Below, piece after piece: positions 57,897 through 64,000 of a stretch of 64,000 nt of DNA. A model generated the notes under the pieces. The model saw only the letters and a list, made by a program, of their open reading frames with translations, made no database searches and was not told where the DNA came from. Origin of the DNA: Patescibacteria group bacterium (GTDB taxonomy: Bacteria > Patescibacteriota > Patescibacteriia > JBDRGY01); contig JBDRGY010000004.1 of assembly GCA_043817315.1 (NCBI GenBank), forward strand, positions 64,797-128,796. The letters are read 5' to 3'. The translations under genes and the position numbers were made by a program. Every line of letters starts with the position of its first letter. Position 1 is the stretch's first letter.

Positions 57897-57973
57897 ACCG
57901 CAAAAGACGGAAGACCCCACCTTCCGTCACTAATTGACAAATTTCAATATTTTTGTAAAATTAGGTTAAACCT

Positions 57974-59839
57974 ATGATCGAAAGAATGGTAATGAATAGT
58001 GAGAGCCTCCAGGAGAAACTGCCGGATGTTTACAGAGAGTTTTTTTCTAAGTCAGAAGTTGTCTGTTCTACGTCTGGAAATTTTTACTGGGTAGGTGATC
58101 ACGCTGTAACTTATGGAGGGCTTAGTATCGTCCAAAAACTACCGCTTAGGGCCCGGGTAGGACTGGAGCCAACATCCGATAACAAAATAGTTTTCGGTGA
58201 TTGGCTTTTTTTAGTTCCTTCCAAGGGTATTTTTGAAAAAAAGGATATTGGCAGAACCATAGAAAGTAAAATATCCAAATTACTAAAACAGGAGATCGCC
58301 AGTAAAATTGGACAGGATAATTATACAGGTTTTAAAATCCATTGTTTGGTAGAGATACCAACTGAATGCGGCCTTCACTCATCAGGGGCTATTGCCTCCT
58401 CCATTGCTTTGGCAATATTTATAAAATTTGGCTTGGCCCGGGAAGAAGAAATTGCTCAATGGAAAAACATCAATTCCCGCCAACTGGCTTCCGATAAAAA
58501 GAATAAATTTGACGCGATTTTCCGTCTGGCCTGGAAGATAGAATCAGTTTTCCACGCTGATGCCTCTTCAGGACACGGCCCTTTTTCTTCACTATTGGAT
58601 TCTACTTATCCGGTAGTCTATTTTACTGAACCCAGATCGGGTGATTATGATGAGCATCCCTGGACTAGAATGCCCTCTAATCTAAAGGGAAATTATGACC
58701 TATTAGACGATATGCAGTACTGGGGTTATCGCATGAATGACATATTTGATCTAAAAAAGCTGGATTCCTGGCCCATTGAATTTGGCCTGATTTACAGCGG
58801 TGTCAGAAATAACACTTCAGCCATCATCCGATCCATGAGTGATCTTAAGGGTCGTCTGGAGGACATTTCTTCTAACATGAAGAATTTATTGGAAGAAAAT
58901 GCGGATCTTTCCAAAGTAAAGCCGATTCTTTATGACATGGTAGTTAAACAGGGGGGTTACGGCTATTGGAAAAGATGGGTGGAATCGCTGTCAATAATTT
59001 CTTCCAAAACCCTGATTTCTTTTATGGAACTTTTCAAGCAGGGTTCCACTGACCGTGTCTTAAAGAGCTTATTTGATTCTTTAAACCAGTATCATGAAAT
59101 GCTGCATTTATTTGAAGCCTCCAAGCCGTTTCTAGATAATTTATGCAATTCCCTGAGAAATTTCGGCCAGGAATATCTCGGTGAAACTATTGCCGCTAAA
59201 CTGACGGGTGCTGGTCGCGGCGGTGACGTACTATTTGCGGCTCCCTATGGCACCTTTTACGATTCTATCAGCAAATTGATGGTCAATTTAAAGAAAGACT
59301 GCGGTGAGGATATTTGGTTGGATTATGCTTCTTGGCGCGATGGAATAGGCGGTGAAGGCGGAACCGTCGATCAAGACCTGTCTCATAAGATTTATTCTGA
59401 CTTTGTTTCCGAAGGATCAGTTTTTATCAGAATCTGGGAAAACAATCATACCCCCAAGACAGAGGTAATAACCCTTGAAGAATTTGATAACCTAAAAGAA
59501 GAAATTGATTTGTTGGTGGATAAATCTGCCAATAAAGTCTATGTCAAAGGGGAGCTCCTGACCTCCAAAGAAATCCATTCATCCAAAGTAACAGTAGAAG
59601 TATTGGATATATTGTTAAAAAATATTTCTAAACAAGTACCGGCTTCTCAATTTCCCCCATCATCATACATTGATCGTAACGAGATGCAGTCCAAAATCGT
59701 GTCGCCATTAATCAACGTTATTAAGAAAAAAATGAATAAAACTCTGCCCCTGGTTATTCGCGGCGGCTTGCGCAAGAATTTCTATATGAAGATTGACCCC
59801 GATGATCTGACTATTGCTTTAATCGATAAAAAGTTCTAA
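57974..59839 (+). CDS. large GHMP-kinase-family protein
   Basis: 621 aa. It has GHMP motif II (PTECGLHSSGAIASSIALA) and motif III (AKLTGAGRGGDVLFAAP). An insert of roughly 250 aa sits between the two motifs, and the C-terminus is long. Confidence 0.55.
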   Translation: MIERMVMNSESLQEKLPDVYREFFSKSEVVCSTSGNFYWVGDHAVTYGGLSIVQKLPLRARVGLEPTSDNKIVFGDWLFLVPSKGIFEKKDIGRTIESKISKLLKQEIASKIGQDNYTGFKIHCLVEIPTECGLHSSGAIASSIALAIFIKFGLAREEEIAQWKNINSRQLASDKKNKFDAIFRLAWKIESVFHADASSGHGPFSSLLDSTYPVVYFTEPRSGDYDEHPWTRMPSNLKGNYDLLDDMQYWGYRMNDIFDLKKLDSWPIEFGLIYSGVRNNTSAIIRSMSDLKGRLEDISSNMKNLLEENADLSKVKPILYDMVVKQGGYGYWKRWVESLSIISSKTLISFMELFKQGSTDRVLKSLFDSLNQYHEMLHLFEASKPFLDNLCNSLRNFGQEYLGETIAAKLTGAGRGGDVLFAAPYGTFYDSISKLMVNLKKDCGEDIWLDYASWRDGIGGEGGTVDQDLSHKIYSDFVSEGSVFIRIWENNHTPKTEVITLEEFDNLKEEIDLLVDKSANKVYVKGELLTSKEIHSSKVTVEVLDILLKNISKQVPASQFPPSSYIDRNEMQSKIVSPLINVIKKKMNKTLPLVIRGGLRKNFYMKIDPDDLTIALIDKKF

Positions 59840-59862
59840 TTTAATTAAACTTTTCCCATAGA

Positions 59863-59888
59863 AACGGGCCTTTAGGTCCGTTTTTTGA
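59863..59888 (+). terminator. Rho-independent terminator
   Basis: acgggcctttaggtccgttttttg. Confidence 0.55.
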
Positions 59889-59971
59889 TTTGTCTTTTCT
59901 TTTTTCCACTTCCGTCTCTATTTGTCCTTATGAGGTAAAGGGAGAATGAAACTGGTAATAATTTTTCTATT

Positions 59972-60199
59972 ATGATCAAACCAAAAGTCAATTTAGGTTC
60001 CAGGGTGTTGGTGGAGACAGTGGGGCGCCATTACCGTTTCCACATTGTTGATAGCCAGAAAGCTGATCCCACTAACGGTAAGATTTCCGGAGAATCGCCA
60101 ATAGGCCGTGCCCTGCTGGGCCACGGACGCCGGGAAAAGGTTAAAGTCAACCTGTTCAACGGGGAAACAGTTGATTATAAGATCGTCCGAGTCTATTAA
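59972..60199 (+). CDS. GreA/GreB C-terminal domain protein, stand-alone (second copy)
   Basis: 75 aa. KISGESPIGRALLGHGRREKVKV matches the GreA C-terminal consensus. Confidence 0.6.
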   Translation: MIKPKVNLGSRVLVETVGRHYRFHIVDSQKADPTNGKISGESPIGRALLGHGRREKVKVNLFNGETVDYKIVRVY

Positions 60200-60244
60200 A
60201 AACACCGGTTTTCAATATGTAGCTCTTTGAAAAAGGAGGTGAAA

Positions 60245-60367
60245 ATGCTGAATGGTTGTTTGCCGCAGTACTGCCAAAGGTGCGATTCCAGGCTATTGGG
60301 CATGGCTCCCTGTGTGGAGATCTGTCGCCATTGCCTAAAGAGGCTTAAAGATGCGGGGAGGTATTAA
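60245..60367 (+). CDS. small Cys-rich protein, 40 aa (sORF1)
   Basis: MLNGCLPQYCQRCDSRLLGMAPCVEICRHCLKRLKDAGRY has 8 Cys arranged as CxxxxCxxC...CxxxCxxC. A strong AAAGGAGGTG ribosome-binding site lies 5 nt upstream. Confidence 0.5.
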   Translation: MLNGCLPQYCQRCDSRLLGMAPCVEICRHCLKRLKDAGRY

Positions 60368-60368
60368 A

Positions 60369-60467
60369 ATGGCAGACCCAGGATTGGAAGAAATCGTGGA
60401 AGCGCTCTGGGAGACAGTGACCTTGCCGATCAAGATCATCTCCGAGATTCTTGGTGGCGATGAATAG
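60369..60467 (+). CDS. small acidic peptide, 32 aa (sORF2)
   Basis: MADPGLEEIVEALWETVTLPIKIISEILGGDE. It starts 1 nt after the sORF1 stop, which suggests translational coupling. Confidence 0.35.
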   Translation: MADPGLEEIVEALWETVTLPIKIISEILGGDE

Positions 60468-60540
60468 TGTTCGCCTAGTGACGTAGATTGGGGACATGGG
60501 CCCTACCCATGTTGGGATAGCCACTGGAAAGGAGTTGGAA

Positions 60541-60717
60541 ATGGATTTTACCTTTACTCCCCCGGAGAACTGTAAACAATGCATCAGATTTTCCAGGGCT
60601 GATGGTAATGTTTGCCCCGACCAGTACAGTTGTCCCCACGAAGGTACAGACCCTGGTCGCATCGTTAAGCGGCCCAAACCGCCACCCGATCATATGGGAA
60701 TCTTTCGGGATTATTAA
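60541..60717 (+). CDS. small Cys-containing protein, 58 aa (sORF3)
   Basis: A GGAAAGGAG ribosome-binding site lies upstream. The sequence is MDFTFTPPENCKQCIRFSRADGNVCPDQYSCPHEG.... It is followed by a terminator hairpin. Confidence 0.45.
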   Translation: MDFTFTPPENCKQCIRFSRADGNVCPDQYSCPHEGTDPGRIVKRPKPPPDHMGIFRDY

Positions 60718-60736
60718 ACTCTGTAACCTGTGGATG

Positions 60737-60780
60737 GAGCTGTTCATCTCAACCAGAACTGAACAGCTGGCTTCTTTTTG
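60737..60780 (+). terminator. terminator hairpin (copy 1 of a repeated element)
   Basis: ggagctgttca...tgaacagctggcttcttttt. Confidence 0.5.
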
Positions 60781-60821
60781 GGCCAAGTTACCGCTAAATC
60801 ACAATCCGAAAGGAGACGGAA

Positions 60822-61109
60822 ATGGAGAGCTACTCCGTAGAAGTCAGTCATGAATGGGGCATGTCTCACCCCTGGCACGGCGAGCCTGATCCTTGTCAGA
60901 TGTGCAGCAGGGGAGCCATGTTCGGTTGTGTCGGCTGCTACTACTATCATGAGAGGCGCGAGCCCAATCCCTACGAGCCCTGGCCCTATCCCAAGCCATA
61001 CGAACCTTATCCCAGGCCGTATGGCCCGGGTCCTTTTCCCGATTGGCGGGTGCCGCATTATGCCCAGCCGTTCGGGATGACGGTTTCCGCTGGAATGACC
61101 TGTTATTGA
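60822..61109 (+). CDS. small Cys- and Pro/Tyr-rich protein, 95 aa (sORF4)
   Basis: An AAAGGAGACGG ribosome-binding site lies upstream. It has CQMCSRGAMFGCVGC followed by the proline/tyrosine repeat PYEPWPYPKPYEPYPRPYGPGPFP. Confidence 0.45.
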   Translation: MESYSVEVSHEWGMSHPWHGEPDPCQMCSRGAMFGCVGCYYYHERREPNPYEPWPYPKPYEPYPRPYGPGPFPDWRVPHYAQPFGMTVSAGMTCY

Positions 61110-61119
61110 TCGATTTATA

Positions 61120-61165
61120 GAGCTGTTTACCTCAAGCAGAGCCAAACAGCTGGCTTGTAACTTGA
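61120..61165 (+). terminator. hairpin (copy 2 of the repeated element), a weaker terminator
   Basis: agagctgttta...ccaaacagctggcttgtaa. It is homologous to copy 1 with compensatory changes in the stem. Confidence 0.4.
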
Positions 61166-61207
61166 GCCAAGTCACTGACTAGCGGTAGTACTCTAAGGGA
61201 GGATAGA

Positions 61208-61507
61208 ATGGCTCCGACGGCTGCGGGCTTTGGTGGCCCGCTGGTTCCGGGAGGTCCGAGTGGTCCGATGAATCCTTATGATTCCGGACCGGTTTTCCAC
61301 CAGGCTGATCAGTTCGATTGTCACGTTGACGTTTTTGGAAACGTCGGTGTGATGGGACGCGATACGGCCTATATGGAGACTCCCAACTTCATCGTCGAGG
61401 ACACCTTCGTTGGCAGCTTCATGCAGGGTTCTCAGGCCTTCGATGACACCAGAGACCTGGAGATCATGGGTCCGGGTGCCAGACTTACCTCGATCACTCC
61501 GCTCTAG
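61208..61507 (+). CDS. small Gly/Pro-rich protein, 99 aa (sORF5)
   Basis: A TAAGGGAGG ribosome-binding site lies upstream. The N-terminus is MAPTAAGFGGPLVPGGPSGP and the C-terminal half is acidic. Confidence 0.45.
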   Translation: MAPTAAGFGGPLVPGGPSGPMNPYDSGPVFHQADQFDCHVDVFGNVGVMGRDTAYMETPNFIVEDTFVGSFMQGSQAFDDTRDLEIMGPGARLTSITPL

Positions 61508-61519
61508 GGGTTTTCCGGG

Positions 61520-61552
61520 GTTCGGGGCAGCATCAATATGCTGCCCCTATTT
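61520..61552 (+). terminator. Rho-independent terminator
   Basis: ggggcagcatcaatatgctgcccc followed by tatttttatt. Confidence 0.65.
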
Positions 61553-61555
61553 TTA

Positions 61556-61583
61556 TTGACAAAATCGGGTTTTCTGGTATGAT
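61556..61583 (+). promoter_or_regulatory. sigma70-like promoter for rnpB
   Basis: TTGACA, a 16-nt spacer, then TATGAT. The predicted transcription start is about 7 nt upstream of the RNase P P1 stem. Confidence 0.6.
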
Positions 61584-61590
61584 ACATTGT

Positions 61591-62071
61591 GCCCAAGTAG
61601 GCTGGATGATCGCCCCGCCCAATTCTTGAATCTTAACCTTTTAACGCTAGGATGCAGGAATTGGGCGGGGAGGAAAGTCCGAACACCCCCTGTATCGTAA
61701 GATGCGGGGAAGTAGACAGTCTGGAAATCAGACCGGGAGTAGATAAAGTTAGAAGTCCTATAGCCTTCTAGTTTTTTCAAAGCCCAGGGAAAGTGTCACA
61801 GAGACTACACTGCCGATGATCCCGTTCGGCTCTGCCGAGAGGGAAACAGGTGATGGTGAAAAGAGTGGGGTAAGAGCCCACAATCTGACCTGGTAACAGA
61901 TCAGAGCTGATAAACCCTGTCTGGTGCAAGACCGAATAGGCCCCTTGACCCAAAAGGGTCTACGGGGCGGGTAGGTCGCTTGACCCTTAAGTCCAGCTTG
62001 CTGGACCGGGGCTAGATAGATGATCGTCACCCCTTCGGGGTACAGAATTCGGCTTATAGGCCTGCTTGGGC
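61591..62071 (+). ncRNA. rnpB: RNase P RNA (bacterial type A)
   Basis: The P1 stem pairs gcccaagtaggc with gcctgcttgggc. The P4 5' strand is GGAGGAAAGTCCGAAC and the P4 3' strand is ACAGAATTCGGCTTATAG. The conserved GGTGAAAAGAGTGGGGTAAGAGCCCAC...GGTAACAGA block is present. Confidence 0.8.
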
Positions 62072-62085
62072 TAATTTGAGATTTT

Positions 62086-63477
62086 ATGAAAAAATCAGAA
62101 TTATTTTTCAGCGCCTTATTGGTGCCAGTTGATTACCTGATGATCGTACTGGCGGCTTTAGCTGCTTACGGTTTGCGGTTCGGATCTGCTTTTACCGACA
62201 TCATACCGGTAATCTACGAAATTCCCTTTCGGGAGTTTTTTAATATTGTGTTAATAGTAGCTGTTGGTTGGATAGCTATCTTCGCTCTGTCAGGCCTTTA
62301 CAACATGAGAGGCCAAAGAAAGAACTTCCAAGAGATTTCCAAGATATTTTTTGCTTGCTCGACAGCCATCATGGCGGTTATCATTTTTATATTTTTTCGA
62401 CGTGAGTTTTTTTCCTCTCGTTTTATAATTTTGTCTACCTGGTTTTTTAGCATCTTCTTTGTCAGCTTGGCTCACTTGATCATCAGGGCGATCCAGTCCG
62501 GATTTTATCGACGGGGGATCGGAATTCATCGACTTGTTGTGATCGGGCAAGATACTGTAGCTGAGGATTTTATCAAACAGATTTACCGCAAGCCCAATCT
62601 GGGACTAAAAATTGTGGAGCGCTATCCCCAGTTTGACGATAAGGTTAAGAATAGAATGAGGGAAATGGCCGAGGACGATAAAATCGATGAGGTTATTCTA
62701 GCTGATGCTAATATGGTCAAAGAAACAACTTTGGATTTGATCGACTTTTGTGATGAATACCATCTGGTCTTTAAATACGCCGCTGATCTTTTCGAAGCCC
62801 AAGCCACTAATCTGGAAGTGCAAACCATCGCCGGCATTCCCATAATTGAAATTAAGAAGACTTCTTTGGAGGGTTGGGGTAAGGTCAGCAAGAGAATGTT
62901 CGATATCTTCTTTTCGGTGATTATCGGATTGATCCTGTCACCAATTTTTCTTTTAATTGGAATAATCATCAAGATTGATTCCAAGGGTCCTATACTGGTA
63001 CAGCTACAGCGGGTCGGGAAGGGAGGTAAAGTGTTTACCCTTTATAAATTTCGCTCCATGATCAAAGATGCCCACTCTTTAAAAAAAGATTTATTGAGAT
63101 TTAACGAAAGAAGAGACGGGCCTTTATTTAAAATGAAACATGATCCTCGAATAACCAGGGTGGGGCGCTTTCTTCGCAAATCCAGTTTGGATGAATTTCC
63201 GCAACTGATCAATGTGATCAAGGGTCAGATGAGTATGGTGGGGCCACGTCCCCATGAGCCAGAAGAGGTGGCAAGATACGATAAGCATCATAAGAAGCTA
63301 CTGGCTATTAAACCGGGCTTGACCGGATTGGCCCAAGTATCAGGCCGTTCTGATTTAGGTTTCGAGCAAGAGGTAAAATTGGACACCTATTATATTGAAA
63401 ATTGGTCGGTCAGACTAGATCTGCAAATCATATTTAGAACTCCTTTTATATTAGTAATACCCAGGAAGGCTCCCTAA
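62086..63477 (+). CDS. polyprenyl-phosphate sugar phosphotransferase (bacterial sugar transferase, WbaP/CpsE-like)
   Basis: 463 aa. It has N-terminal TM helices and the C-terminal family block KRMFDI...KIDSKGPILVQLQRVGKGGKVFTLYKFRSM...DGPLFKMKHDPRITRVGRFLRKSSLDEFPQLINVIKGQMSMVGPRP. Confidence 0.85.
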   Translation: MKKSELFFSALLVPVDYLMIVLAALAAYGLRFGSAFTDIIPVIYEIPFREFFNIVLIVAVGWIAIFALSGLYNMRGQRKNFQEISKIFFACSTAIMAVIIFIFFRREFFSSRFIILSTWFFSIFFVSLAHLIIRAIQSGFYRRGIGIHRLVVIGQDTVAEDFIKQIYRKPNLGLKIVERYPQFDDKVKNRMREMAEDDKIDEVILADANMVKETTLDLIDFCDEYHLVFKYAADLFEAQATNLEVQTIAGIPIIEIKKTSLEGWGKVSKRMFDIFFSVIIGLILSPIFLLIGIIIKIDSKGPILVQLQRVGKGGKVFTLYKFRSMIKDAHSLKKDLLRFNERRDGPLFKMKHDPRITRVGRFLRKSSLDEFPQLINVIKGQMSMVGPRPHEPEEVARYDKHHKKLLAIKPGLTGLAQVSGRSDLGFEQEVKLDTYYIENWSVRLDLQIIFRTPFILVIPRKAP

Positions 63478-64000
63478 TGAAAGTCGCTTTACTTCATGAT
63501 CACCTCAATCAGATAGGGGGAGCGGAAAAAGTGTTGATGGCTTTCCATGAGCTTTTTCCTTCAGCCCCGGTTTTTACTCTGGTTTATGATGCCAAAAAAA
63601 CGGAAGGTTTTTTTTCTGATCTGGATATCAAGACTTCATTTATCCAAAGACTGCCTTTTGGCCAGTCACGCTTTAAGTGGTATCTGCCCTGGATGCCGGT
63701 GGCGGTTGAAAATTTCGATTTGTCAGAATATGATCTGGTTTTGTCCGACTGCTCGGCATTGATCAAAGGAGTAGTAACCAAATCAAACGCCCTGCACATC
63801 TGTTATTGTCATACTCCAACTCGCTACTTATGGAGTGATACCCATCAGTATACTGAAGAGTTAAACCAACCAATCCTGGTCAAGAAGATATTACCTTTCT
63901 ACTTAAAGAAATTAAGAATGTGGGATCGCCTGGCTGCCGAGCGTGTCGACAAGTACATTGCCAATTCACAGTTTGTTAAAGACAGAATAAAAAAATATTA
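63477..64000 (+). CDS. GT4-family glycosyltransferase (N-terminal part; runs off the window)
   Basis: MKVALLHDHLNQIGGAEKVL... is the typical start of a glycosyl transferase group 1 protein. The ATG overlaps the previous stop (TAATG). It is partial at the 3' end. Confidence 0.6.
   Translation, partial: MKVALLHDHLNQIGGAEKVLMAFHELFPSAPVFTLVYDAKKTEGFFSDLDIKTSFIQRLPFGQSRFKWYLPWMPVAVENFDLSEYDLVLSDCSALIKGVVTKSNALHICYCHTPTRYLWSDTHQYTEELNQPILVKKILPFYLKKLRMWDRLAAERVDKYIANSQFVKDRIKKY

Noticed and set aside
60345-61175. Long minus-strand ORFs (60345-60677, 60475-60786, 60744-61175) in the GC-rich small-ORF region
   Set aside because: High GC inflates random ORF length. None has a ribosome-binding site, whereas the plus-strand small ORFs each have a strong Shine-Dalgarno sequence and a downstream hairpin.
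61553-62030. Minus-strand ORFs 61553-61780 and 61758-62030 from the six-frame track
   Set aside because: They lie antisense within the RNase P RNA gene, which has a clear promoter, P1 and P4 elements on the + strand. I treated them as spurious.
1-64000. CRISPR arrays, rRNA or tRNA genes, transposases or integrases
   Set aside because: I found no regularly spaced repeat arrays, no tRNA-like acceptor/T-arm signatures in the intergenic regions, and no transposase or integrase motifs.

Overview
This 64-kb window looks like a chromosomal segment from a small-genome fermentative bacterium. The gene content is consistent with Candidate Phyla Radiation / Patescibacteria, but that placement is inference from the sequence. 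Almost every call is on the + strand, genes are tightly packed and many stops and starts overlap.

Housekeeping and metabolic content:
- murA, ssb, recJ, an RNase H, two NUDIX hydrolases, a sugar-phosphate transferase and a partial GT4 glycosyltransferase.
- An RNase P RNA (rnpB) with its own promoter.
- A lower-glycolysis/acetate block: pgk, eno, two tandem gpmI, a PfkB-family kinase, pduL and ackA.
- A four-subunit 2-oxoacid:ferredoxin oxidoreductase (korA, korB, korC, korD) whose alpha gene is separated from the other three by five tandem type IV pilin-like genes.
- A group-3b-like [NiFe] hydrogenase (beta, gamma, delta, alpha subunits) with hypC and a truncated hypA-like gene. The operon is interrupted by a transporter gene and by a serpin plus three membrane-anchored proteins with Asn-rich linkers.

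Unusual items:
- A 1771-aa membrane-anchored alpha-2-macroglobulin-like protein with no CGEQ thioester motif and a complete Hint / intein-like domain at the bait-region position. A Memo-family gene is translationally coupled to it.
- An AT-rich three-gene island (Rossmann-fold oxidoreductase, PaaK/F390-synthetase-like adenylating enzyme, ThiF/E1-like enzyme) inserted among paralogous 7TM sensor genes.
- A GC-rich segment with a class II aldolase-like gene, an unusually large GHMP-kinase-like gene, and five tandem small ORFs. The small ORFs have strong ribosome-binding sites, are mostly Cys-, Pro/Tyr- or Gly/Pro-rich, and are separated by homologous hairpins.
- Two stand-alone GreA C-terminal-domain genes.
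- An Avd-like four-helix-bundle gene with no reverse transcriptase nearby.
- A short intergenic repeat present twice, and a GC-rich structured element between hydA and the hypA-like gene.

No rRNA, tRNA, CRISPR array or transposase was found. All calls rest on motifs I recognised by eye; no database search was run.
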